A program made the position numbers and the translations under genes. A model generated the notes under the pieces. It was not told the DNA's origin and searched no databases. It saw nothing but the letters and a program-made list of their open reading frames with translations. A stretch of DNA of 64,000 nucleotides, taken from positions 868,001 to 932,000 of the forward strand of contig NW_027117343.1 in the NCBI RefSeq assembly GCF_038025025.1, in the 5' to 3' direction. Positions within the stretch are counted from its first letter, which is position 1. Each line of letters starts with the position of its first letter. The DNA is from Phyllosticta citribraziliensis. Its lineage: Eukaryota. Below, piece after piece: positions 12,189 through 24,907 of this stretch.

Positions 12189-13503
12189 TGTGAAGAATTA
12201 GGAATCAAAGAAGATAAGAAGGTGGAGGATTAAATGTATCGATAGTTCATGAGAATGGCAGGGAATCTCTCTCCGCGTGGGGGAGATTCATATATGCAGA
12301 GAAGCAAAAGAACCGAAGAAGACTCCGCCACAAGGCTGAACGGATCTCTCGTGAGAAAAAACAAAAACAGAGCATCAATCGAGCCCGACGGGCGCGAGGC
12401 CTCAGGGCAGGTCATTCCGCAGCATCGTATCTGGCGATCCCTGCTCTGCACAGATGTAGTCATCAAATAGGAACGGCCGTTAGCAATTTCCCTGTCGAGG
12501 AAGACGGGAAGCCGTCCCAGCGCGGCAATGGGCGATAGCAAGGCCAAGAGAGGACGTCATTGGCGATCAGATCGATGACAAGAATGACAGCAGTGGGACA
12601 AGAAAGGGCGAAGACGGCGTTGCCGTCGCGCATGGTGTTGGCCGTTTGGCATGGTGGTGGTGTAGGGCCGGAGAAAAAAAAGGCGAGCTAGCCGACCAGC
12701 CGCCAACACGAGGGACCCTAGATCTGCAGGGCTATTAACAGCAAGGGGCCATGTTCAACACGAGCTTGCAACCCCGTGTCTTCCTTTTTTCGAGAACAAG
12801 TGCAAGGGCAGCACGAGGAGCGGCCTCTGCAATCGGATGGGAGAGGCAAACAGGGGGTGCGGAGCCCGTGCCAATACGATGGTAGCTCTCCTCTTTGGGA
12901 CGCATTCAAGCAAAGCTTGGCAAACCTTGAGCTGAAGAATGTATTCCGTAGGCCGAGTCTTTTCCAGCTGTCATCGAGACTCGGTAACCCCGTCAGGTAG
13001 CCATCAGGGCGACATGGCGTCCAGGCTAAGCGTGTACCCGGGCTGGGACGCCAACTCTGTTCCGCGCGCGTCCCGGAGCGAAAGCGAGTTTGCACGCGCC
13101 AGCCGCCTGTACTTGAAGCGGTGCCGCCCCGGGTCGTCTTGGTCGCATGCAAAGGCCCTGTCGCGCGGGAGCCGTTGCCAGACTTTGGCCAAAACCCGGA
13201 ATTCCGCTTCTTCATTGCTGCAGCGAATATGCAGTCTCAGCTGCAACAGCCAGACCCAGACACCGGTCACTGGCCACGACCAATGATCCTTCGAGCTTCT
13301 TGTCCAGGAGGCGATGTGTCATCGACAGCAGAAAGCCCTCTCATTCTCAGTCTCGCGGGAGCGCCGCCAGCATGCTTACGCTCGCTAGGTCTATGAGTTA
13401 CGTACGATCCGAAACGCACCTCTGATGCAAGGGAATCATTCAAAGCAATGCAAGCCTGCCACAAGAACCAAAGGAAACGGAAAAAATGCACCTCACACCG
13501 CCA

Positions 13504-14726
13504 CTACTTTTGCCCGTACACCACCCACATGGTATAATACGCGTGTACCTTGGGATTCCTGACGGCCTTTCGCGCCTCGGCACACAAAACTTCGGCCTCT
13601 TCTCGAGACCACCCAAGGCCCTTGGTGATTGGCCCGTTCAATCCCATATTGAAGGCATCGATGACGGCGGCCTGCATGTATAGGCCGGCGGTTCGCAGCA
13701 GCTGGTTTTTGGCCCACGGTCCGATGGGTACTTTGATCTCGTGCGTGGTAATGTTCTTGAAGCCGGCGGCGCGGAGCTTCTCGGGGACCTTGCCACCGAT
13801 GTGAAAGTCGCTGCCGAATTCTTTCAGGCCGTCGCGCACTGCTGCCGTGTACTTGAGGTACGCCCAGTCGGGCGGAATACTGTTATCATCCGTCTTGGGA
13901 ACAAAGTCGAGTTCTTGTATCTCAATGTAGCCGTTGGGGGTCAACCAGCTAATCACGAGGCTGTCAGAGTCGCACGCTTGCAGCGAGGAGGGCCATTCTT
14001 ACTGAAGTGCGCTCGCGAGAACCTTGGGCCAGTCCTTGACGGCTGGCGCCATGGCGCGCAGATGGATGAGGTCGAAGGGAGCAGAATATACCCATTCGCT
14101 TTCGATGTCGTCTACCAGGAATCTGACTGGCGCGTTTCCCACATCAGCATCGTCCCTGCGCTACAAGATGGCATGTTCACTCACCATTTGGTGGCACGAA
14201 GCTGGGCTGAATGGGGCTGAGGTCCACGCCCACAATCTCGGCGCTAGGATAGGTATCCCCCATGTCGACAGCCCAAATCCCGGTACCCGTACCCTTTGCG
14301 CCGTCAGCATGTCCGCACGCTTCAAATCGACGACTGCCGTACCAGATCCAAGACGCGACTCGGGTCACTGCCAATTGGGGCCAAATGGAGCTTGTCGCCG
14401 CACACGGCCACGGTCATGGCGTGCTTCATATCCTCCCTGTCCTGCTCCTGCTCGTCGTTGGGGAAGATGTAGCGGCCCTCGCAAAACTTGTGGTAGCGGC
14501 GGCCGTTTTCGAAGTTGTAGTCGCGGACAGAGGAGCTGACGCTCGTCGTCATGCTGCCATTGTCGTCGCTGTTGTAGCCGGACTCGGCGTCGCTAAAGTC
14601 CTCGTGGGCCTCGATTTCGGTGCGCGCCTGGGCAGCGGCGTCGGCGACGTCCTGGGGCGATGCGGCGATGCCTGGAGAACCAAAGCTGGACTGGGAGCGC
14701 GGAGAAGAGCCAGGCTGGGCGGCCAT
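13504..14726 (-). CDS. SAM-dependent methyltransferase, LaeA-like/TAM family
   Basis: [62 protein letters not shown]. Three GT-AG introns (14342..14294, 14184..14127 and about 14002..13949). Confidence 0.92.
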
Positions 14727-15328
14727 TGTTGGGAAGGTGTTTCGAAAGGAGAGGATATGCGCGTGGTCGTCAGAAGGACCCACGGACGCTGCGAGCTGCT
14801 GCCGGTACCCGGTATCCGGACAGTCCAGGTGAAGGTACAAGGTGACAAGGCCAGGGCAGAGGTCCAGGTAGAGGCAGAGACATTCTTTAAGTCCGGGCGG
14901 GTGTGCGGCGCGGGGGAGGGTGAATCAAAGGTATATAAGCGGGTCTGGTGCGTATCCAATGTAAGCTGGATGCATGAGCGTCGGTCCGGCCCTCATCAGG
15001 GCAAAAGTCGCCGACACCGCGCCGCTTCGGTCCACGTCTCCGTCTGCCACTTCACCTGAAGAAAAGACAGATCCACTCGAGATTCACTAATGGACTGCTC
15101 TTACATCTTTGTGGTGGCGACCGGACCGTCGCTCACTCGCCGCGCAATCGACAAAACCCAAATGATCCATCGCAGCAAAAAGAAAAGAAAAGAGAAGAGA
15201 CCAATTGTACCAGCACACCAGCACACCAGCACACCACACCACCACCATCTGATGCCTGGCCCTTCCAAATACCTAGGTATTCTCGCCCCGGATTTGCACC
15301 TATCCGAAGCCCCGGGTCACGCATCACA

Positions 15329-17336
15329 TCACGCAGGCTCGTTGTGCATCGACTGCCTTGGCGACATGCGGCGGCGCCCTGCAAAGGGCCTCGTTGGACT
15401 GCCGTGGTGCTCACCCACCGATGCACTCGAGCCCATGTACGCCTGGTGCGTGCCCACGCCCTCGCCCTTCTCCACGTCCATCATGGCGTCCTTGGTCGCC
15501 AACAACTCGACCTCGTTCGTCTGTGGCGTCCAGGACCCGTCCGCTTGCTGAGACGTGTCCATGCCCAGCCGCGCCAGGATGCGCGCCGTCTTTGCTCGCT
15601 GCTTCTCGCGCACCTGGTGCGACGGGTTCTTGGTCGGGTCGTTGGCCTCGTCGCCGTCCTGCCCCGGGTTCGCCATCTCGTACTCGAGCGTCTTGATCAA
15701 GAGGTAAAACCCAATCGCCAGCACCGCGCCGGCTGCCGGAGCCGCCCAGTAGATCCAGTGATTCGAGTCCCACGTGTTTGTCACAACCGCTGGGCCGAGG
15801 CTGCGGGCGGGATTCAGACTGCCTCCGGTGTAATACACGCCCGCGAGTTCAGCCACAAACAGCGCGAGCCCGATTCCCACGGGGGCGATAAACGTAGCCT
15901 TGTGCTTCTCTTTGGCCAGCATCAAGATGCTGCAGACCCCCCTTGTCAGTACCACGCAACCAGGTGGGCAGGGCGTGAGCAACGTACGTAAATATGAGCT
16001 CGGCCGTCATGACCATCTCAATAATAAAGCCCTGGGCGATCGACGTCCCATCGCTGAGAGTCGTCTGCACATTGAGTGGAGCCGGGAAAATTCCCAGTAC
16101 CATCCCGGACGCGGCGATTCCTCCCAGGATCTGAGCGACAAACAGGCAAAGTGCACGCCACGCCCCGAACGCTCGTGTCACCCACAGCGCCAGTGTCACC
16201 TGCAGTGAAACATTAATCAGCGTCTCATCAGCTTCAGACGGAGTCGCCGCCAAGTGCCGGGCGCGATCGAGGGGCTGCCGACTTACCGCAGGGTTGAACA
16301 GGCCGCCAGAGATGCGGAAGAAGATCCAGACGTTGACCATGAGGCTAAAGCCAAAACAGAGCGCAATGTAGAGCATGACGGTCGGGTCCCATGGCGGGTC
16401 TCCCTCGACTTGATTCGAGTCTGCCGGAGTCGAGGCCCTGGCTTTGGCCACTTCGGTGCCTGAAAAGGCAAAGAAAAGGAACATGGTTGTGCCAACGAAT
16501 TCCCCAAGGCTGGCGACAAAGTGGTTTTTGCAATTCGTATTCATCCACATGGTCCAGGGGAGCCTCATGGGCAACATGTCGTTGTCTTTTTCTCGGTACC
16601 GAGGTGGCGGCGGACTGTCGCCTCTGTCCTCCTTGTGGCCCAGGGGTATCCAGCGCGAGCTTCTCCACGAGTCTCTGCCTGGAGTTTGTCTGGGAGAGCC
16701 ATCGGCGTACAAGCTTGCTGTCCTTTCTTGCTTTGCGCGCTCTTTCATGTCGTAAAATGACAAGGGCTGTCCGTTGTGATTCAGTCGGCTCAGGTACTTT
16801 GCCAAGGCAGGCTCGATGAAAGGATCATATTGAGCGCTCGTGCGCACCTCTTTCGCAGATGATTCAGGCTCCTTCCTGAGATTACCATTACCATTGGTCG
16901 AATCTCCGGGATTGATGGTGGTCCCGTTCGAATTTGATCTTTGACGGCCAAAGCCTGGGTTTAGCCTTGCTTGTTCAGGACGAGGGGGTCGCGCATCTTC
17001 CTGGCTGCCCGTTCCTCCATCTTTGAAGACTCTCAGATTTGTAGGTCGCTGAGGCGTGGTACGATTGCTGTCCCACGGAGGCCTAGGCTCGTGCGCTTTG
17101 CCGTTGCCGGGCCCATTTTGGTGTTTTCCCTGGAATTGCTCTCTTGCTCTTGAGCGAGGCGGAATTGGCCTTTCGGCTGATTGCGGGCCTTCAGACGGCG
17201 AGCCGAAAACAAACTTGGACGCCGTCGGAGAACTAGGGACCGAGCTTGCTTGATGACCCAGAGGCTCGTACGGGTTTTTTGTGGGGTTGAAACGCTCATA
17301 AACAGAACGATACTGATTCGAATTACTGCCAGACAT
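15329..17336 (-). CDS. Aquaporin (MIP family, fungal AQY type) with a long disordered N-terminus
   Basis: GEFVGTTMFLFFA, ISGGLFNPA|VT and TGGSLNPARS (both NPA motifs), HWIYW. Introns 16286..16200 and 15987..15930. ATG at 17336 (MSGSNSNQ). Confidence 0.93.
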
Positions 17337-19179
17337 GTCAACAACTGAACAAAGTAGACTGATGACGTTGCAAGAGACCAATCAGCTATGCTTGAAGACA
17401 AAAGCAAAAACTCCAAAGTTGCTCTGCAAAATGTGTATGCAAGAAAAATCGTTGGGGAAGAAAAAAGCTCTTCCAGGTTCAGGTTTTGGATATCATCTGG
17501 AGCTTTATACATCTGTAGGCTCCCTCGTGCAGCTGTGGTTCTGAATGGCCTGATTACCAGGGCAACATGTATCTTGAAGGAAAAGCAGCACAAGCTTTTG
17601 GAGGCTTGCGCCATCCAAGATTTGCTATGGCAACATAGCACAGGACGTGAGGGTCTGTAGAGACCCAGCATGGGAAGCCCAGAGAACAGTTCAGCTGGTG
17701 GGATAGCCAAGCTTTGGACAACGACTTGGGCACCAAATTGGCGGGACGGACGAAAACAGAGATGATGCCAGTTCTGAGCTCTCGAGACGGCGTCTAGATG
17801 AGCTAGACGCTGGGAAACAAGACCATTCAGTGTAGCGATGATCCCTCAGCCGTGGACGATTCAACATCGGGAAAAGAAGACCTCCATGGAAGAGACATTT
17901 AACGATATGAGAATTCGGTGCACCATTGGACAAGCGACGTTCTCGGGAACGGGCCGAGGATATTGAAGAACGAAATACGAACGTTCCGTCGTCTTATGCC
18001 GCAAAACATGAGGGTCGGTCATGCTCCGGGCCAGGAAGGAATCGAGAACCTGCTGATCGCTGGTACAGTCGCACGAGAATTTCGTGAAACATATCCGGCT
18101 ACAATTTCCACGATGTCCTCATATCAGACAGGGCAAAATTCCATCTCAAGGGCTTCTCAAAGCAAACAGCTTCGAGCGGACCGCATGAGGTCTTTTCAAA
18201 GTGGTCGTCGGCAAGACGGTTTGGAAATGTTGAATAATCCAGCGGCTGAGAAGTTGGATGCCCGACTTGGTGGCTGAATCTTGGGATGAAGACAGGTGAG
18301 TTGTCAGTGTTTACTGTTGTTTGGAAGTGGTGAGTTGGCGTGGAGAGGGGACATAGGTACCGAAGTGGACGGGCCGATGCCGAAAACACAACCAAACCCT
18401 GTCGCACCGGCCATGGCTCCGGGTCCACAGCCGGACTCTTCACTCACCTCTCCTCCGATTTTGTCAAACAACAAGTTGCAGACTCCAGCCCGCCTCATAT
18501 TGGTTGATCGAAGCTTTATGGGGATATTCAGATGCAAAACCGGTTGTCTTCACTGAGCGGTGCAAGTGTCGCGCCCGTCCTTTCGCTTGCTGCACCGCTG
18601 CCGAGTGCCGGCCACAGTCGACCAATAATGTCGTCCACGTCTCATCTCCATGTCTTTCCAGACCTCCACGCTATCCAAGCTCCGCTCCTGAATCTCCTGA
18701 GCGGCTCGTTCCTTCGAGGTCCTCTTTTTTGCTCTGACCTCTTCTCCGGTCAAATGTTCTCAACACTTGCTCTGTGCTACTCAGCGCCCTGCTGCCAACA
18801 GTGTCATTCGAGCAAAAGGCTGCGTTTTCATCGATCATCAACGCGCGAGACTCTCATCACTTGAGAATACGATTGGTGTTTCAGAATTGACACTTCGCTA
18901 AGCCATGATTGCCAAAAGCCCGGGTCAGAGCAGCAGAGCAGAGCTCTTGCATCATGACCTCGATTGGCTGATCCCGACGCCCTGACCGTGTCCAGGTTTT
19001 GGACTGTTGCAAACGTCTCAAGGGTCCCATCTCTTGACGCACTGGATGCCACTTTATCAGCACATTTGTGGAAGCTCCGGTGCTCGAGCAGGACATGGCG
19101 GAAAAGGGACTCCCCACTCGTTGTTGATTTATAGCCGTGAGAGAAGTCGCCAAGAGCAAGACAGAACCCTCCCGTCACG

Positions 19180-20145
19180 ATGCTGTTGTTTAATCTGGCT
19201 CTGTTCGTGCTTCCAGTCCTTTCTTCGACGACCCCCGGCCCACCACCAGGAAACGGAACAAAAATTCGCACTGTTAACACAAAAGTACAAACGATTCACC
19301 AATTCGAGGAAAACACCTGGGCAGAGAATATTGCCATTCGCCAGGACGGAACCCTTCTCGTTTCCTTGCTGTCGAAGCCCCAACTCTACTCGATCGATCC
19401 GACTGAATATCCGTACAACGTCCAACTAGCCCACGAATTTGATGGCTGCGCAAGCGTCCTTGGCATCGCAGAATACAGGAAAGACGTCTTCGCCGTCGTC
19501 AGGGGAAACTTTTCCATGGAAGTGACGGAATGGGTGCCTGGGACCTTTAGCATCTGGAGGGTGCAATTCACGTCGGACGGCCAGTCCGAATCGTCGCAAA
19601 TCACCGAGATACCAGAGGCAGGCGGGCTAAATGGGATCGCAACGCTCAACCCCAAATCAGGCATTCTGCTCGTAGCGGACTCTGTCAACGGCGTCGTCTG
19701 GCGCGTTGGTGCCGACACGGGAGACCGCGTCGTCGCGCTCCGTGACGAAACAATGACACCTTTCGGAAACTCATCAACGCCAATCGGCGTTAATGGCATC
19801 AAGGTCAAGAATGGATACGTCTACTATTCCAACACGAACAAGCAACTGCTCTGCCGGGTTGCCGTCGACACTGATAGTGGAATGGCCACGGGACCATTTG
19901 AGATTCTCGCCACCTCCTTCATTGCCGACGACTTTGCAGTCACTATCGACGGCTACATCTACGCTGCGGGAAATGCGGCGAACGACGTTAAAAAGTACCA
20001 TGTCAACGGGACTTGGGAATCAATCACGGGCGGCTCTGATCTCATTGGACCGACTTCTGTCGCCTTTGGGCGATCTTTCGAGGACGCGGACACGCTGTAC
20101 ATAACCAAGAAGAAGACACCAGGCCTCGTGAAGATAGGCATATGA
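19180..20145 (+). CDS. Secreted six-bladed beta-propeller protein (SMP-30/gluconolactonase-like)
   Basis: Signal peptide MLLFNLALFVLPVLS; blade motifs WAENIAIRQDG, LNGIA, LLVADS, GVNGIK, ADDFA, GPTSVAFG; intronless 321 aa. Confidence 0.82.
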   Translation: MLLFNLALFVLPVLSSTTPGPPPGNGTKIRTVNTKVQTIHQFEENTWAENIAIRQDGTLLVSLLSKPQLYSIDPTEYPYNVQLAHEFDGCASVLGIAEYRKDVFAVVRGNFSMEVTEWVPGTFSIWRVQFTSDGQSESSQITEIPEAGGLNGIATLNPKSGILLVADSVNGVVWRVGADTGDRVVALRDETMTPFGNSSTPIGVNGIKVKNGYVYYSNTNKQLLCRVAVDTDSGMATGPFEILATSFIADDFAVTIDGYIYAAGNAANDVKKYHVNGTWESITGGSDLIGPTSVAFGRSFEDADTLYITKKKTPGLVKIGI

Positions 20146-20362
20146 ACCCAACCATGGACCCCAAAAGAGAGAAGGAATCGTGCGAGGACCAGGAGTAATT
20201 GTGTTGAATGAGAAAGAAGAATGCAGAGGTCCAGAAGAGTAATGAGCGCCACACTTTACGGTGGCTGTTCGACAGAGAGAGAAAAGACAACATACCACGC
20301 CAAACGCCCTAATGATAATCGAAATTGAAAGCGCTTTCGCTGATGCTCCACCTCCGTGCTAC

Positions 20363-20974
20363 TCACAATTCAAAATACCACCCCATGCTCCTCCTTTTCA
20401 AATCGCGCCGCCAGGGCCTCTGCTCGACCCACTCGACCATCTGGCCCATGCGGACGCCCTCTTCGTCTGACACGCAGTCCTTCTCCGTCAAGCCGTCTTC
20501 GACGTGGAAGACTGCAATCTCGACACGCCGTGCGGGTGGTTGCGTGATGAGCATTTTTCTCCAGGAGGCTTCCTTCGGATCGTGTGCTCTGTCTCCCCGC
20601 AGTATGGCGTCACCGCCGTACGACACCATGGGCATGTAACCGCCGTCATAATCTTCCTCGGGGTCGTTGAGTATTCCAAGTCTGAATTTCTTGGCCAGCA
20701 GTTTGTTGAGCTGTGGTTTGGCGATCCGGGGCGACTTCTTCAGGTCGCCATGGTTGAGCGACACGTCCTTCAGTGACGCATTTTGGTGCTTTCCTCGCCG
20801 AAAAGGAACAGGTGACAGGAACAGCGCTCGCTGCAGCGTCGTCGAATGCCGGATGGTGGCGTTCCAGATGTGGCAAACCTGGTGGGCCGAAATCAAAGAT
20901 TGGAAAGGAAGTTGGAGAAGAACTTGTTCCAGCAGCTCAATGGTGAAGAGGACCTGGTGGGCGGCGGAGGACAT
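20363..20974 (-). CDS. F-box domain protein
   Basis: N-terminal VLFTIELLEQVLLQLP..LISAHQVCHIWNATI..S..LQRALF (fungal F-box) and the family-typical ASWRKMLITQPP. Confidence 0.85.
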   Translation of the reverse strand: MSSAAHQVLFTIELLEQVLLQLPFQSLISAHQVCHIWNATIRHSTTLQRALFLSPVPFRRGKHQNASLKDVSLNHGDLKKSPRIAKPQLNKLLAKKFRLGILNDPEEDYDGGYMPMVSYGGDAILRGDRAHDPKEASWRKMLITQPPARRVEIAVFHVEDGLTEKDCVSDEEGVRMGQMVEWVEQRPWRRDLKRRSMGWYFEL

Positions 20975-23002
20975 GTTGAGCCTTGCAGCAGCGTTGAGCG
21001 TGCGCGCGGAATCCCGGTTTTTCCAAGCCCTTCAAGTACCCCTGCCCCTGATGCGCGTATGGCTTGAGAATTGAGTGCTGACGCTCGGCTAGCAGTGGCA
21101 GATTGCTAGCGCTGACAGTCGTGACGGTGTAGCGTCGCCGCGGACGGCTTGCATGCGAATAGCATTGTTGAATATAGCACTGGCAAGTTGCCGTCGACGC
21201 AGTGCCGCGCTGGAAACTCTCGGCATGTCCGAGGAATAATTTGGTTGATCGATCGACAGACGCTTTTACAATTGCGGGGAGAGGGAAGCGCAAACAATCC
21301 GTCCACGTTGGTCGACAGAGTCTGGATCCAGTACTTTGGCTGGACGTGTCACCGGCGGGAAAGCTAGGCTGTCTTGGTGGCTAGTGTCGGATCAGCCACC
21401 CCGTTCGAGAACCTCACCTCTGCCTCATCGTTGGAGCGCGCTTCGGCGTATGTACCGCGATTTTGCGTTGCGCGTCGACGATTGTCAACGAATGTGATCC
21501 ACGGGACTTTGTCACCCGTGTACACCTACAGAACAAACAGCTGTCTCGTCTGCTATTTTGCCATTGCTCTTAGCAACAACAGGCCAAAATCCAAGAAGCA
21601 ACCATCAACCAGCTTTTTCGACCAACTGACCAGATTGACCCTGCATCGAAAAGAAAAGGCTCCAAAATAGCACAACAACAAGCCAATCGGCCGCCTCACT
21701 CAGCGCATCTGTCGCTTTGCTCTCCTACCTGAAACCATCGTTGCCCCAGGGCAGCAAGCAAGCGGGTGCCCATTTGGGTGTGCTCAAATCGTTGCGACGC
21801 GGGCCAGCCCGGCGGGAATGACCCTGGCTCCCGTCGCGCTTCTCACAGAGTCCAAGGGAATTTTTCCAAGGCATCTTTTGCTGCAGGAAAATCACGAGGG
21901 GACCGGCATAAATAGTCTGTCCAATGGCACCGTTGCCCCGGCACCATGCAAGGGCAACTCGGAAGCAGCTGGCATCGCCCGGGGTGCTCCCGGAAGTGTG
22001 CAAAAGAAAGCAGAAGCTCTTGTTCCTGCACCTCAGCTGAAATCTTGACATCATAAGTGAAGCACAAGAGCAGCAGCAATGCTGTGGTTTAATTCGATTG
22101 TTCTCGACTCAGAACCCTGAAGCATACCTTACTTATCGACGGTGATGGAGCTTGGACCCCCCGACGTCATTTCTTGTCGATCCGGCCCGTGTGGAGAGCT
22201 ATTGGCCTCGTTCTTCAGGCGTTTCAAGATCCGTGACCTCGAAAATTGCGCAACCAAACGACGAAGCTGTGCAACACCGCGCTTCTCATTCTCCATGACT
22301 TCGCAAGATACGCGCGCAACGACTAGTTGCGGGGTGCTGATGGGAATACCTTTGCCCGGGCGGTCAAGGTTCCTGATCCGAGCACACCCAGAACTCTTGC
22401 CTGGACGTTTCTCGGCGTGTTCTTTGCCTGCGGCCAGCTCACCATCAGGAATCCAAGGCCCTTTGCTTCAGCTCTCGAGCATCAGAAAATTGGGTCAAGG
22501 GGAGATTCCCATCATCGCCTTTAAACCTCACTGCCATTCTGCCGTCATATGCAGTTGCTCCCGCCAATCACAATTTCCGGAATGAACTCCTTGCAGCCAG
22601 GATCGGCTTATCTTCTGTCGTGCTGGATCTCATTGGTTGCACAGAAGCAAGGCAAGTCTTGAATCTGCCTGTCTTGGAGTGAAGGAGAAGCGGTCATCTT
22701 GAATTCTAGACATTAGACACCGAGAAACGTTCGTTCAGAACATGGGAAGCATTGGAAAGGAAGCATCCAAAGTCTCTGCTATAAACACAGGGCTGCTAAC
22801 AACGGTAGAGCCGCATCGCTAGTCTTGCCATACACACGGGCCGGCATCGGCAACGCTGCTCTTGCGTGCGATGTCATGGGTCCGGGCGGCAGATGCAACA
22901 TAGCGTTGGATGAAAGAAAGGGCATCCTGGCTCTCCCATTCGCGCCCAAACTTTAAAGGCAACTTACTGCCATGAAACGTCCGTGACCGCGTCGCCTTCT
23001 CC

Positions 23003-24907
23003 ATGTTTCCACGCTGCTCACGAGTCTGGAGGCCGATTGGACGCAGAGGCCGCTATCTCTTCATTGCCGCATACCTAACGCTATCAATATACCTGTACTC
23101 GTCGTTGCTGGACGACCCGATACTCTCCAGCAGCAACAATGGCCCAAGTCCGATAGACAAACTTATCGAGGAAGCTCAAACGACTTTTGCCCAGGTTCTC
23201 GAGGGCCGCTCGAACACGGTCCGGAGCGCCGCGGCGCGGTACCGCATCAGACGAGGAAGACACCCACCGCCGGGATTCGACGCGTGGTTTGAATATGCGC
23301 AGAGCCGCGATGCCATCATTGTAGAAGATTTCTTTGATCAAATCTACCATGACTTGGAGCCGTTCTGGGGACTGCCGGCAAGATACACTCGCGAGGCAGC
23401 CGCCGCTTTTCAGCCCACGGCAGTATCAGTTCGCAATGGCATTGCAAACAAGAAAGATGGAGAAGATCGTGTTTGGATGAATCTGTGGTTTGGTCTCGTC
23501 AACAGCATCGCGCAGACGCAGTCACTACCGGATGTTGACTTGCCCATGAACATCAACGACGAATCTCGATTGTTTGCTCCGTGGGAAGACATTAATGATT
23601 TCATGGCCAAGGGCAACGCCACCAAAGATATGCCGGAATCTGCGAATGTTATACAGAGCTTCAGTGGGCTCAGCGATCTCAAAGACCCGGTGGCGCCGCC
23701 CGCACAATGGCTCGAAGACTTTAAAGAAATGTGGCCGGCTTTTCGGGACGGCTGTCCCCCTGATAGTCCAGCTCGACGAAACCAGACGGAACTCGATCTT
23801 TCCGTGCCTGCGCTAGACTATTTGAACGGCCTTAGCAAGGACTTTCCACCCTCGTCGTACTACGGCTATATTTACAACTGGACCAAGGCTACGGATCCGT
23901 GCATGCACGCCCATCTGCGCGGCCTCCACGGCTCTTTCATTGAACCGCAATCGACATCGATCACGAAGCGTCTAATCCCTCTAATGGGCGGTTCGAAGCT
24001 CTCCAAGAATAACGAGATTCTCATCCCACCTGCCATGTATTGGAGCGACGACGAGCACTACTCGGGCGGCATTGATCACGGAGTTCCTTGGGAGAAGAAG
24101 ATTTCCAAGATCGTTTGGCGGGGCTCTGGGACAGGAGGACGAAACCGCGAAAATACATGGCCACATTTCCAACGCCATCGGCTCGTTTCCATGATGAACG
24201 GAACCACTGTGTCGATTGCCGAGAGACAGCAGTACAAACAACTGGAGGAGCAACACAAGCAGCAGAAGCAACTACCGTCCAACATGTACAACCCAGACCC
24301 AAACACGACCACCTTTGTCCTGCCACCTCCACACCTCTACAACATCGACGCACACAGGCACCGCCGTCTCGGCGCCTGGCTCTCGCACATCGCCGACCCG
24401 GGCTTTACCGACCTCCTCTGTTTCCCGCACGAAGACGGGCCGCGCTGCTCGTACACGGCGCCGTACTACAACCCCGTCCCCGACCTGCCCATGCGCCTGC
24501 AGTACAACTACAAGCTACTGCCGGACGTCGACGGCAACTCGTTCTCCGGGCGCTACCGCGGCTTCCTGCGCTCTTCCTCACTGCCCCTCAAGGCCACCAT
24601 CTACCGCGAGTGGCACGACTCGCGCCTCTTCCCCTGGATCCACTTCGTCCCGCTCGACAACACGTACGCCGACCTGTACGGCTTGATGCAATACTTTTTG
24701 GGCACGGGGCGCACGGGCAGGGGCGCCAGGGACGACAAGGCCAAGAAGATTGCCCTCGACGGCATGCATTGGGCCGAGCAGGTCTTGCGCAAGGAGGACA
24801 TGCAGATTTACGTGTATCGCCTCATTTTGGAGTTTGCAAGGTTGTGTGATGACAAGCGGTCGGTACTGGGGTGGGTGGATGATCTCAAGGCGGCGAAGGT
24901 GCAGTAG
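23003..24907 (+). CDS. Glycosyltransferase family 90 (Cap10/Cxt1-like), type II membrane protein
   Basis: 634-aa intronless ORF with an N-terminal TM segment; RRGRHPPPGFDAWF, NINDESR, WRGSGTGG, QRHRLV, DVDGNSFSGRY, EWHDSRL.PWIHFVP, LRKEDMQIYVYRLILE. Confidence 0.93.
   Translation: MFPRCSRVWRPIGRRGRYLFIAAYLTLSIYLYSSLLDDPILSSSNNGPSPIDKLIEEAQTTFAQVLEGRSNTVRSAAARYRIRRGRHPPPGFDAWFEYAQSRDAIIVEDFFDQIYHDLEPFWGLPARYTREAAAAFQPTAVSVRNGIANKKDGEDRVWMNLWFGLVNSIAQTQSLPDVDLPMNINDESRLFAPWEDINDFMAKGNATKDMPESANVIQSFSGLSDLKDPVAPPAQWLEDFKEMWPAFRDGCPPDSPARRNQTELDLSVPALDYLNGLSKDFPPSSYYGYIYNWTKATDPCMHAHLRGLHGSFIEPQSTSITKRLIPLMGGSKLSKNNEILIPPAMYWSDDEHYSGGIDHGVPWEKKISKIVWRGSGTGGRNRENTWPHFQRHRLVSMMNGTTVSIAERQQYKQLEEQHKQQKQLPSNMYNPDPNTTTFVLPPPHLYNIDAHRHRRLGAWLSHIADPGFTDLLCFPHEDGPRCSYTAPYYNPVPDLPMRLQYNYKLLPDVDGNSFSGRYRGFLRSSSLPLKATIYREWHDSRLFPWIHFVPLDNTYADLYGLMQYFLGTGRTGRGARDDKAKKIALDGMHWAEQVLRKEDMQIYVYRLILEFARLCDDKRSVLGWVDDLKAAKVQ

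Noticed and set aside
12718..13491. Several overlapping short ORFs, one with a hydrophobic start (MHFFRFLWFLW)
   Set aside because: I could not build a consistent spliced model, and no motifs are present.
17400..19100. Fragments of protein-like sequence (e.g. EEVRAKKRTSKERAAQEIQERS), possible pseudogene
   Set aside because: Interrupted in all frames with no identifiable family.
21700..22600. Short ORFs of 65-147 aa
   Set aside because: No domain or codon signal; unresolved intergenic DNA.
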